Shown one piece after another: positions 1-8,899 of a stretch of DNA of 64,000 nucleotides. A program made the translations under genes and the position numbers. Source of the stretch: Thermoplasmata archaeon (lineage in GTDB: Archaea > Thermoplasmatota > Thermoplasmata > Thermoplasmatales > GCA-001856825); contig JAJZYT010000003.1 in assembly GCA_021797915.1 (NCBI GenBank), positions 812 through 64,811 on the forward strand, written 5' to 3'. The first letter of the stretch is position 1; every line of letters begins with the position of its first letter. Under the pieces are notes generated by a model. That model was not told the DNA's origin. It was given only the letters and a program-made list of their open reading frames with translations, and did no database searches.

Positions 1-30
1 ACATCCTGAAGTAAGAATAGTGGTGTTTCC

Positions 31-1479
31 TTGGAAACTGAACAGAAAAAATATATGCTGACTGCAAAGAAGGAAGAAGATATCACCGAATGGTATACTC
101 AGGTAATTATAAATTCGGAGTTCGTTGATTACAGTGCTGTTTCTGGAATGATGGTCTTTCGCCCTGACTCATATTTTGCGTGGGACACATTAAAAGAAGC
201 AACGGATGCGATGTTCAAGGGAGTAGGGGTAGAGGACGTCTATTTTCCGTTGTTTATCCCAGAGCGTTTTCTCTTGAAAGAAAGCCAGCACGTAGAAGGG
301 TTTTCACCCGAAGTAGCATGGATAACCCACGCTGGAAAGTCCGAGCTCTCTGAACGCCTAGCAGTTCGACCGACCTCCGAGACCATAATGTATGACAGTT
401 TTTCGAGATGGATCCGATCTTGGAGGGATCTCCCCATCAAGTACAACATATGGGCAAGCGTTGTGCGCTGGGAATTCAAGCATCCCACTCCCTTGCTCAG
501 GAGCAGGGAATTTCTATGGAATGAAGGGCATAGCGCCTTTGCCACGTTTGAAGAGGCAGAAGCAGAAAGGGAAGTGATACTGGACATCTACGAGAAGGTT
601 CTTCGCGACTATCTCGCCCTTCCAGGTATAAGGGGTAAAAAAACAGACAACGAGAAGTTTGCGGGAGCAGTTGCATCTTACAGCATAGAGCAGCTTATGC
701 CTGATGGATGGGCTCTTCAGGGACCGGATCATCATAGTGACGGTCAGAACTTTGCCAAGGCGTTTGACATAGGTTTCGTGGACAAAGACGGAAGCAGAAA
801 ATACGTCTACCAAAACACTTACGCCATCACCACCAGAGAGCTGGGAGCAATGGTGCTTTGCCACGGAGACAACAAGGGCTTGGTCATACCGCCAAAATTA
901 GCTCGCATTCAGATAGTCTTGGTACCGATATTCAACAACATCGGAGAGGAGGAAGTTTTGACATACTCCAGGTCAGTTTTTGAATTGCTGAAGAAGAGTT
1001 TCCGTACCCATTTAGATGATCGTGATGAATACACCCCAGGTTGGAAGTACAATGAATGGGAAATAAAGGGGATTCCAATTCGGATCGAGATTGGCAAGAG
1101 AGAAATTGAATCAAAATCAGTAACCGCAGTGCGCAGGGATACAGGGAAGAAGGAGAACATAAAAGTAGATCAGTTGACGGAATCAATAAAATCGCTACTG
1201 GAAGAAATCCATTCAAATCTGTACACACAAGCACTGAAATTCTTGGAGTCACACACATTTGTCGTAAAGGACTACGAAGAACTCAAGAAGCACGTGGGAA
1301 AGGGCATGATCCAAGCCGCATGGTGCGGCTCGGCGGAGTGTGAGACAAATGTCAAAGAAGAAACAGGTGCGAAGATAACGAATCTACCATCCAACGCACA
1401 AGACAGAGCAAAGGGAGAGAAGTGCATCTACTGCGGCAAGGAAGCGAAGCACATCGCCAATTTTGCCAAATCGTACTAG
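31..1479 (+). CDS. proS: prolyl-tRNA synthetase (archaeal/eukaryotic-type, class II)
   Basis: 482-aa ORF with a class II core (FRPDSYFAWDTL, RPTSETIMY, RWEFKHPTPLLRSREFLWNEGHSAF) and a C-terminal Cys-rich domain (CGSAECE...CIYCG). TTG at 31; the in-frame ATG at 55 is an alternative start. Confidence 0.93.
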   Translation: METEQKKYMLTAKKEEDITEWYTQVIINSEFVDYSAVSGMMVFRPDSYFAWDTLKEATDAMFKGVGVEDVYFPLFIPERFLLKESQHVEGFSPEVAWITHAGKSELSERLAVRPTSETIMYDSFSRWIRSWRDLPIKYNIWASVVRWEFKHPTPLLRSREFLWNEGHSAFATFEEAEAEREVILDIYEKVLRDYLALPGIRGKKTDNEKFAGAVASYSIEQLMPDGWALQGPDHHSDGQNFAKAFDIGFVDKDGSRKYVYQNTYAITTRELGAMVLCHGDNKGLVIPPKLARIQIVLVPIFNNIGEEEVLTYSRSVFELLKKSFRTHLDDRDEYTPGWKYNEWEIKGIPIRIEIGKREIESKSVTAVRRDTGKKENIKVDQLTESIKSLLEEIHSNLYTQALKFLESHTFVVKDYEELKKHVGKGMIQAAWCGSAECETNVKEETGAKITNLPSNAQDRAKGEKCIYCGKEAKHIANFAKSY

Positions 1480-2029
1480 ATGGACCTCAAATTTGCAAAC
1501 TTCCTTTCAAGATTGATAAAGAGAATATAGAAAGATATTTACCCGCCTCGCCCAGGAAGTCTCAACCTTTACTACGCTGGACTCAAATAACTCCGTTCCT
1601 GTTCTCTGATTAGGTCAATCATTCTTCCTTTGACAATCGGGTCGAGAGCATTCTTAAGCTCGTCGAACATTAGTTCTTCGGTCTGAGTAAAAGTACCTTA
1701 GCTATGCAAAGTCTTAGTTGTTAACCTCCTGAATGGGAAACTGCTACACGTTTGAGGTTACCTCCGAATTCCTCGTAGAAGTCTGCCTCCCTTAACGCTT
1801 GGTTGATCTGTTGTCCTTCTCTTCCTTCATCAGTTTCTTGCTTTGAATTCCGAGTCAGAAGTCTACGTTGTCGCAGACTGACATTTGGAATGGATTCATT
1901 CTCTGTAAATAAGCGATCTCACTCCGCAGTTCTACTGGATCATAATCCCCGATATTCCTCCTCTCAAAAATAACGCATTCTGAGAAAAAAAAGGTAAACA
2001 TTTTATCGACTCTCCACTATTGGGGTTCC

Positions 2030-3484
2030 ATGGAACTCACCAACGGAGAGAAGAAACTAATAAAATACCTGAGAGGAAAAGGGTACGTAGCTTCTGATGA
2101 ACTCTTCAAGGTGTTCGACAAGAATGAAGTCGCGAGTTCCATATCGTGGTTGCGTGAAAAGAAGATCGTGAGCGTGATCGAAAAACCAGTAACTTCATAT
2201 TCGATCGGCCCGGAGGGGGAAAAGGTTCTGTCATCCGGTTTGCCGGAAGAGAATCTCCTGAAGATTTATAATTCAGGTCATAAGAAGACCGTAGAGCTGG
2301 AAAAGATCATGGGAGATGACCTCAGATATGGCCTTGCCCAAGTCTTTAAGAACGGCGGACGAGTCGTGAACGGAGAACTAGTCATAGAAGGTGACCAAAA
2401 GATACGGGAACAGATTTCCGGCACCAGATCTGCACTGGAGATGGCAAAGAGCGGAAAACTGGGAGAACAGGATGCGCAACTCCTAAAGCAGAGGAAAGGA
2501 TTCGTTAATGAAAGGGTTCGAATGGAGAGGTCGGTAAAGCTTTCTGCTGTTGGAGAACAGATTCCTCTGGAGCAGCTGGAAGAGAGCGAAGAGATCAATC
2601 AGATTACACCTGAGATTATAGAGAAGTTCGATGAAAATATGAGCCTCAGGCCATACGATCCAACACTGTACGCCCCCAGATATCTGCCGGGAAAGATACA
2701 CCCACTGTCCGAATTCATAGCGGAAGTCAGGGGAGTCATGCTCGAGATGGGTTTCAAAGAACTCAAGGGAAAGATCGTAGAAACTGCATTCTGGAACATG
2801 GATATGTTATTCATTCCGCAAAATCATCCTGCTCGAGATCTGCAGGATACATTCTATGTTAATGGGAAAGAAGACATACACCCATCACTCGCTAAGAAGA
2901 TAAAGAAGGTGCATGAAAGGGGAATTGGTGGCTCGAAGGGGTGGCAATACAAGTGGTCAAAAGAGGAAGCCTCCAAGCTTCTCTTAAGGACTCACACCAC
3001 AGTGAACACAATACGCTATCTGGTTGAACACCCGCAAGAAGAATGCAAGATATTCTCCGTGGAGAAGATATTCAGGAATGAGAACGTTGACGCCACTCAC
3101 CTTGCGGAACTGACCCAGGTCGAGGGTGTAATTTCTGGAAAGGGAGTCACCTTCGGTGTGCTTATCGATACGCTTGAGACGTTCTACCACAGGCTGGGAG
3201 TAAAAGATATCAGGGTAAAACCCAGTTATTATCCCTACACGGAACCATCCCTCGACGTAATAGGTACTTTCAAAGGCAAGTCCATGGAACTGGGGGGCGC
3301 CGGTATGTTCAGACCAGAAGTGCTTAAGCCATGGGGAATAAAGTACAATGTTGCAGCGTGGGGCCTTGGTCTTGAAAGACTTCTGATGACGGTCCTGAAT
3401 CTGGACGATATCAGAAATATCTACAGGAACGACCTATCATTCTTGAAGGAGAGAAGGATCCTGAAGAACGTGTTTGAAAGCTAG
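2030..3484 (+). CDS. pheS: phenylalanyl-tRNA synthetase alpha subunit (archaeal type)
   Basis: 484-aa ORF with a long N-terminal winged-helix-like extension and class II motifs (FRNENVDATHLAELTQVEG, GAGMFRPEVL, AWGLGLERL). Confidence 0.93.
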   Translation: MELTNGEKKLIKYLRGKGYVASDELFKVFDKNEVASSISWLREKKIVSVIEKPVTSYSIGPEGEKVLSSGLPEENLLKIYNSGHKKTVELEKIMGDDLRYGLAQVFKNGGRVVNGELVIEGDQKIREQISGTRSALEMAKSGKLGEQDAQLLKQRKGFVNERVRMERSVKLSAVGEQIPLEQLEESEEINQITPEIIEKFDENMSLRPYDPTLYAPRYLPGKIHPLSEFIAEVRGVMLEMGFKELKGKIVETAFWNMDMLFIPQNHPARDLQDTFYVNGKEDIHPSLAKKIKKVHERGIGGSKGWQYKWSKEEASKLLLRTHTTVNTIRYLVEHPQEECKIFSVEKIFRNENVDATHLAELTQVEGVISGKGVTFGVLIDTLETFYHRLGVKDIRVKPSYYPYTEPSLDVIGTFKGKSMELGGAGMFRPEVLKPWGIKYNVAAWGLGLERLLMTVLNLDDIRNIYRNDLSFLKERRILKNVFES

Positions 3485-4074
3485 ACACCGTCTAATTCTT
3501 TCTGTATTCCCTTCTTTTCCCTCTTCACTTCGTATTTGTCTGAGATTATGTTTCCCAGGATTTTCATTGCAAGAGCTGGATACGATGCAGAAGGAAGTGG
3601 AAGATATGCATCATTGTCCGAGGAAATCTTCATCCCCTTCACTTCCACCTTTCCAATCAGCTTCTTTCTCTCTCTCTTGTCGAGTCTCTTTCCCTTTACA
3701 TTTCCCGTGATACCTGCTCTCTCGAGTTCAATATCAAAAATAGGTCTGTCCAGGAGAATGTACAGTGTGTAGAGGGTCTCCTCACATCTCTTATCTGGAG
3801 GTTCCCCTGCCATCTGTTCACCGATGAGCTCATAGATCGATGTTTCATCCTTCTTGAGGAGGAAATAGAGCTTGGATGGTTTCACAAATTTTTCCTTCAG
3901 AACGTTGAAGTCAGCCATTGCCCAGAGATAACCAGTGAGAGCGAGACGGTGGATCTTCGTCTCATCCTCCATGTTGATTTCCTTGTAGATTTCAGAAATC
4001 GATTTTCCGTCTCCCCTGAGGAGTTCTACGATTCTATCCTTTAGAAGCATTCCTCTAAGGCTACCATTTGGCAT
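3481..4074 (-). CDS. hypothetical protein, possible winged-helix N-terminus
   Basis: 197-aa ORF. Its ATG overlaps the fbp stop (TAATG at 4072-4076), implying co-transcription and translational coupling. No family recognised. Confidence 0.55.
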   Translation of the reverse strand: MPNGSLRGMLLKDRIVELLRGDGKSISEIYKEINMEDETKIHRLALTGYLWAMADFNVLKEKFVKPSKLYFLLKKDETSIYELIGEQMAGEPPDKRCEETLYTLYILLDRPIFDIELERAGITGNVKGKRLDKRERKKLIGKVEVKGMKISSDNDAYLPLPSASYPALAMKILGNIISDKYEVKREKKGIQKELDGV

Positions 4075-5180
4075 TATAAGTCGACCATTCTCGAGTGCAA
4101 CTTCTTCTGTATGTCAGGCAGTGTCGTGTATTCCATTTCATGTTCCGGCAGCCTGTGAGGTTCGAACGGTCCGTTCCTTCTCATATAGTCTGCAATCATT
4201 GTCGCAGTCTGTCTAGCGCCATCGAATGCCTTGTCAGCAAGAAGGTCAGCGGGTCCAACAAGCTTCCCCTCTGCGATCTGGAACCCAAGTCCAATTACCC
4301 TCGGTGGACCATCGAATCTCGAGGGCGTTGCGTCTGCAACAGCTACGGGCATGATTGGTCCATTGTGGCTACCCCTCATCCACCCTGAAACGAGGTGAGG
4401 AAAAGTGAAAGCCTCCAGGATCTCTCCCATTGCCGGAAGGCCCGCCTGTGCCCTAACCATCGCTACGGGATCATCCTTGCCCACATATTTTCCAGCGATT
4501 TCATGCAGAATGTCAGTGCTGACAACAGCAACTGCTTCCTTCGACATCCCTGTACTTTCTGCGGGGAAAACCCTCTTGATTACGTACCTCCCCTTTGATC
4601 CGATGAGTGCCAGGATGTCGTATGTTTCCTCAGGAGTTCTGAGGAAGACTTTTTTGTGTTGTATCGTGTCCCAAATTTCGAAAGTGAATCCATCGTGCAT
4701 GTTTGGATCTATTACGAGACCGGGCGTGTTGAAAGGGTCTGCGAAAATCTTGTACATTGGAAGGTTGAATGCTCCCGGCTCTGTCTTGTCCATCATGAAT
4801 GCGGCGATTGGCTCGCTCTTCCTCTCTTCAAACTCCAGCTCTGCGACCCCAGGTCCCATTCCTTTAAGATTTCCCGAGAATGAGTCCTTTAACAAATCCT
4901 GGCCCGCACCATAGAGTTTGAGCTTTTTTGCCGTCTCTGTCGCCTTTATGAAGGCATCCCACGCAAGAGAGTGAACATATTCTGAGTCAGCTCCGTTCTT
5001 GTGTGTCATGATCAACTCTAGGTCGTCTCCTACTGAAGTAACGTGATAATCGATGATCTTGGATTGGTTCTTTGCTTGCTCCAATATTAGTCTAGCTTCA
5101 TCCTTCAATTGGGGATGAACTCGGGAATGCCCTGCAAGTCCTCCTACGTCCGCCTTAATCAAACTAACAGTTATCTTCAT
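4074..5180 (-). CDS. fbp: fructose-1,6-bisphosphate aldolase/phosphatase (class V FBPase)
   Basis: The N-terminus MKITVSLIKADVGGLAGHSRVHPQ and overall length fit the archaeal bifunctional FBPA/P. The ORF-track start at 5255 was trimmed to the ATG at 5178-5180. Confidence 0.9.
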   Translation of the reverse strand: MKITVSLIKADVGGLAGHSRVHPQLKDEARLILEQAKNQSKIIDYHVTSVGDDLELIMTHKNGADSEYVHSLAWDAFIKATETAKKLKLYGAGQDLLKDSFSGNLKGMGPGVAELEFEERKSEPIAAFMMDKTEPGAFNLPMYKIFADPFNTPGLVIDPNMHDGFTFEIWDTIQHKKVFLRTPEETYDILALIGSKGRYVIKRVFPAESTGMSKEAVAVVSTDILHEIAGKYVGKDDPVAMVRAQAGLPAMGEILEAFTFPHLVSGWMRGSHNGPIMPVAVADATPSRFDGPPRVIGLGFQIAEGKLVGPADLLADKAFDGARQTATMIADYMRRNGPFEPHRLPEHEMEYTTLPDIQKKLHSRMVDL

Positions 5181-5329
5181 TTGTACATCACACTTGCCAC
5201 AGTATATCACTATACACTTACAAATAGTTTCTGAAAATTTTGCTCTGAAAATCAATGCTGATGGAACACTTTGATGAAAATTATTTCGGATAATTCGATC
5301 AATGTTTTCTTATTTTTACGTCGTTGCAT

Positions 5330-6286
5330 TTAGAATCTTATGGAGGATGGTTCTTTCACCTTTCTTGCGACTGCTATTGCATACAAAGCGATCAAAGCTG
5401 CCACGATGATACCACCCACTACAGTCAACACGATGAAAGAAGACTCCAAGAGACCGGTATTTGTTATGGAATCCACTCTGAGAACCCCTCCAAAAGCAGT
5501 GGGATACACCATGAAATTCAGGGAGAATATATCCACGGAGAGCAAAGATATGAACACGATCTTATTGCTAACTATAGCTGCAACGTTCTTGACGTTGTAG
5601 AGGATTGGGATAAGTATCGCAATAACATCCGATACCAGCACATAGGGCGAGAGAGTCCAGTTTCTGAACATAGCGAATGAAAGCGTTGACACAATTATCC
5701 CAAATGCCACAAATAAGAGGGATAGCTTGGATAGACTTGGGACCCTGTAGAAAACGGGTGCAAATCCCACCATCAGCAACAAGGCACCAACAATGAAAAG
5801 GTATCCAGAAGGCTGGTATAGCCAGTTCAGACTGCTGAATCTAAAAGCAGAAAGATTGACGCCATTCCCGCCAATTATTCCGCTCAGTATAACCAGGAGT
5901 ACTAGTCCAAGAAAAATTGAAGAGAGTGCGTACCCAACATACAGCTTCCTATCGTCCAACCAACCCCTCTTCCTGATGAACTCTGCAAATGAAATAGTCG
6001 AGTTCCTTGCTACGAAGAGGATGAGAAATACCATGATAGCGAAAGAGAATATGCTCGCAACGGGTATGAGGATTGGAGGGTAAGCGAAGTCCGCAGTTAC
6101 TACCCAAAATGCCCCGAATGTTCCGGTGATCTCCCAGACAGGAACCACGTACTCAAGTACCGGTTCCCTGTATTTTTTCCAGTTCAGAAGGAGGAGAATG
6201 CTTCCCATGAGTTCAGTTATGATCATTGCAGCAAAGATGGAGAAGATTGCAAAATTGGCATAGAAGAGGAAGTTAATGTTCAACAC
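5330..6286 (-). CDS. cydB: cytochrome bd oxidase subunit II
   Basis: Polytopic membrane ORF immediately downstream of cydA. The probable start is GTG at 6284-6286, preceded by GAGAGG and 8 nt from the cydA stop. The ORF-track start at 6382 lies inside cydA. Confidence 0.75.
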   Translation of the reverse strand: MLNINFLFYANFAIFSIFAAMIITELMGSILLLLNWKKYREPVLEYVVPVWEITGTFGAFWVVTADFAYPPILIPVASIFSFAIMVFLILFVARNSTISFAEFIRKRGWLDDRKLYVGYALSSIFLGLVLLVILSGIIGGNGVNLSAFRFSSLNWLYQPSGYLFIVGALLLMVGFAPVFYRVPSLSKLSLLFVAFGIIVSTLSFAMFRNWTLSPYVLVSDVIAILIPILYNVKNVAAIVSNKIVFISLLSVDIFSLNFMVYPTAFGGVLRVDSITNTGLLESSFIVLTVVGGIIVAALIALYAIAVARKVKEPSSIRF

Positions 6287-7625
6287 CTCTCTTCCTATTG
6301 TGAAGTGATGATTCTGGAATAGTATGGAATATTCTATCGTAGAAGTAGAACGTTGCAGGAATGAGAACCAGGTAAAACGCAATAATAAAATAACCTGGAG
6401 CTAGCTGTCCCGACGAGTAATTGGCTGCCTTGCTCACTGTCATAACATTGTAAACTATCCAGGGTTGCCTCCCGACTTCATCCGTTACCCATCCTATTTC
6501 GTAAACGACTAGCGCAGACAGCCCAGCTGCCACTTGGGTCCACAACAACCACCTATATTTCAGCAAATCCCTCTTCGTCAGGAATAAGATAAATAATATG
6601 AACAAGAAAAGACCCAGCAAAAGACCACCAGTCACCATAATGTCGAAAGTAGTATGAACCCACAGAGGGGGCCAATCGGTCGATGGGAACTGCGAAAGTC
6701 CCGGGAGAAGTTTAATCCCGGTTTCGACGGTAGCGAGGAGTGATTGAAGTCCGGGAATTTGTATGCCGCCTACAAAGTGGCCATTTACGATCGACCCAAA
6801 CAATCTCTCGGGGGCATTCGTGCCCGGGAAATAGTTTGCATCAAGTGCAGCGTATTTCAGTGGCTGATTTGATAGCAGCGTTGTCATCTCGCCTGAACCT
6901 GTCACACCCGCAAGAATTATGGTAACTATCGAAGAGATGCTTGCCATCTTCACCATCACACCATAGAGAATCTTGTTTGCCGAATCGCTTTCTCTCAAGT
7001 ATTTGTAAGCGAAGTAAGCACACCAGATCATGACCCCTGCAAAGACCGTTGTAGTAGTTACGTGGACCGCCTCACTAAATCCAGAAGAAGTAAGGAACGG
7101 AGCCCATGGGCTGACTCCCGTGACTTTTCCTGTGGCCTCATAGACTGAAATGTTGAATCCATTTGGCGTGTTCATCCACGCATTCACCAGAGTTATGAAA
7201 ACCGCAGAGAGAAGAGTTCCAAGTAGTATGAGGGAAGAGAAGACCAAATTGGAATACTTCCACTTATAAGCCCCTTCGAAGTAAACATAAACGACCAACA
7301 CAATCGTTTCCAGGAAGAATGCGAATACTTCTGCATAAAAGAGATTGATGGCTCCCGTCTCGGACAACAGCGTCATGAAACCAGGAAAGAGATTGACAAG
7401 TTCAACTGCCATTACAATACCGCTGGCTGTTCCCACTCCGAAGGAAATCACGAATACACGCTTCAACCTGTATATTAGCTCAGAATAACGGTTTTTTCTT
7501 CTGAAGAGGAACAGTCCTTCAAGTATGGTTATGAATAGAACAATGGAGATGCTAATTGAAACTATGATTATGTGGGAACCAATTGTGAACGCAAAGAGTG
7601 CTCGATCAAACGTTACCACTGACAT
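6273..7625 (-). CDS. cydA: cytochrome bd oxidase subunit I
   Basis: 450-aa polytopic ORF with the CydA signature GWVTDEVGRQPWIVYNVM. Confidence 0.9.
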   Translation of the reverse strand: MSVVTFDRALFAFTIGSHIIIVSISISIVLFITILEGLFLFRRKNRYSELIYRLKRVFVISFGVGTASGIVMAVELVNLFPGFMTLLSETGAINLFYAEVFAFFLETIVLVVYVYFEGAYKWKYSNLVFSSLILLGTLLSAVFITLVNAWMNTPNGFNISVYEATGKVTGVSPWAPFLTSSGFSEAVHVTTTTVFAGVMIWCAYFAYKYLRESDSANKILYGVMVKMASISSIVTIILAGVTGSGEMTTLLSNQPLKYAALDANYFPGTNAPERLFGSIVNGHFVGGIQIPGLQSLLATVETGIKLLPGLSQFPSTDWPPLWVHTTFDIMVTGGLLLGLFLFILFILFLTKRDLLKYRWLLWTQVAAGLSALVVYEIGWVTDEVGRQPWIVYNVMTVSKAANYSSGQLAPGYFIIAFYLVLIPATFYFYDRIFHTIPESSLHNRKRGVEH

Positions 7626-8283
7626 TTTCGCTCACAACCCCTTTCGTCTTGAACAACGAACCGAAGTCCACGAACCCAATCCATAGCAACAGTATCCCTA
7701 TAAATTCTGCAATGTACAGGAAGGACGGAAAAGAGGCGATGTAGAGTGTCCCTGCCACACTTACCACCAAAACTCCAGCCACAATGCTGAGGAGTTTAGG
7801 CTGCCTAGATTTCCTGAATGAAATCAATGAGATCAAAATCAATATAACAGCGGCAGGAAACGTAACGAAGGAAGAGGACAGTACCACTAAAAGTGGGAGC
7901 GTGCCGTACACTATTCCGCTCAACACTATGTTACTTATATGTGTCACCAACAAAGATACGAGTAAGAAGATAGTTGAAGCCGTAATATAGAGTGTATACG
8001 CATAGAACGTCATCTTTCCCTTTAGCAGGGTAGTGGAGCCGAGCGCCAACAAGCTCACAAGTACAGCTACGAGGAATGTGTAAAACCTTATAAGGCCCTC
8101 ACTGAAAATCCCAACAGAAAATATGATCTCAAGACCAACGCTTATTGAAAAGAGCCACATTCCTGAGGACCAGAGCAATGTGCTGTTCGTTTTTTTCTTG
8201 ACGTAACTCGCCGAGAGCAGTATGGCCAATATCGCACTGAGCAAGAAAATGACGATGGTAGAAACAAGTGCCTGAAGGTACAT
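7606..8283 (-). CDS. hypothetical polytopic membrane protein (about 7 TM) upstream of cydAB
   Basis: 225-aa hydrophobic ORF. Its 3' end overlaps the cydA start by 20 nt, so it is probably in the same operon. No family recognised. Confidence 0.6.
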   Translation of the reverse strand: MYLQALVSTIVIFLLSAILAILLSASYVKKKTNSTLLWSSGMWLFSISVGLEIIFSVGIFSEGLIRFYTFLVAVLVSLLALGSTTLLKGKMTFYAYTLYITASTIFLLVSLLVTHISNIVLSGIVYGTLPLLVVLSSSFVTFPAAVILILISLISFRKSRQPKLLSIVAGVLVVSVAGTLYIASFPSFLYIAEFIGILLLWIGFVDFGSLFKTKGVVSENVSGNV

Positions 8284-8414
8284 TTAATCAAACTTCCTTT
8301 TTATGTTGAAGGTTGCTTTATTTACTGAGTCATACTTTATCATATAACCTGTACTTTCAAGCGCTTCTCTGCACATCGTTACTATTATCTGTTCGTAGTG
8401 TAAAATTTTAACGC

Positions 8415-8700
8415 ATGTGAGCGGGAATTCCCCTTTTGCAAGATAGAGGATGAAAGCGAATGAAAAGTTTATTGGTTCTCCCAACATATTGTACTGTCCG
8501 CTGGCAGACAGAAGTGAAACAGGTCGCGGATAGCATATTGCTTCATGCATGCCTGCATCCGTAAAGTCAGATGGCTTAGCATGAAGGACAGAGTACCTTC
8601 GGGCCGAGGGGAATTCAAGCCCATGGAGATTCCCGCCAGCAACCTTTGAAGTGGGAAGCTCCCTGCGAAAGCTGGGAGAGGAGGTCACCTACTTCACGAC
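8415..8700 (+). ncRNA. candidate structured ncRNA (RNase P RNA-like; identity and ends tentative)
   Basis: GC-rich island between AT-rich flanks.
- Long-range 8-bp pairing: 8421-8428 with 8629-8636.
- Hairpins at 8583-8600 and 8647-8696. The second contains a GAAA tetraloop at 8667-8670 and a G-U pair that is only valid on the + strand.
- The strings AGUGAAACAGGUCGCGGAUAGC and CCGUAAAGUC...AGCAUGAAGGACAGAGUA resemble RNase P S-domain conserved regions.
- No convincing P4 helix was found. Confidence 0.4.
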
Positions 8701-8811
8701 TAATCCTAGAAACAAGAAAAATATTCCAATTCCAGAGATTCCCAAGTCAAAGTAGGTGTGTCCCCGATCAAGATACAGATACAAACCCAGAACGAAAAGT
8801 ATAACGCCCAT
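8689..8811 (-). CDS. possible small 2-TM membrane peptide (40 aa)
   Basis: ATG 8809-8811 to TAG 8689-8691, encoding MGVILFVLGLYLYLDRGHTYFDLGISGIGIFFLFLGLVVK. It is below the ORF-track size cut-off. Its 3' end overlaps the ncRNA candidate, so it may be spurious. Confidence 0.25.
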   Translation of the reverse strand: MGVILFVLGLYLYLDRGHTYFDLGISGIGIFFLFLGLVVK

Positions 8812-8899
8812 CACTAAGAATCTCAACTTTATTGCTCGGATTCAATCGCCTCCCATTCTCAATTACAGGATTTACTTCTTCTAAATATGTTGTTGCATT

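Noticed and set aside
1422-1613. 63-aa + ORF starting inside the proS 3' end.
   Set aside because: It is out of frame with proS, has no motif, and is too short.
4405-4914. Long antisense or alternative-frame ORFs inside confident genes. Examples: 4405..4914 in fbp, 24748..25314 in the permease, 27461..27976 in coaBC, 31153..31623 in pncB, 39365..39844 in apgM, 53269..53709 in the aldolase, 54790..55248 in gltD-like, 58694..59137 in the MBL gene, and 12842..13198 and 14587..14998 in sufB.
   Set aside because: Each lies wholly within a gene that has clear family motifs on the other strand or frame. Their translations are S/L/P/R-rich, as is typical of shadow frames.
8284-8688. 134-aa minus-strand ORF from the track, taken as a protein-coding gene.
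   Set aside because: It covers the GC-rich region with strong + strand RNA structure. Its translation is S/P/R/G-rich with no recognisable fold. It is kept only as an alternative hypothesis in the findings.
8415-8700. SRP (7S) RNA as the identity of the structured island.
   Set aside because: On neither strand could I find the conserved helix-8 pattern, which is a GNRA/GGAA loop flanked by the AGG...AGCA asymmetric and symmetric loops. The similarity to RNase P S-domain strings is better, though still incomplete.
8626-8743. Repeated 9-mer GAGATTCCC (8626-8634 and 8735-8743), considered as a possible repeat array.
   Set aside because: There are only two copies with no regular spacing. This is not CRISPR-like. 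It may be part of the RNA structure or simply chance.
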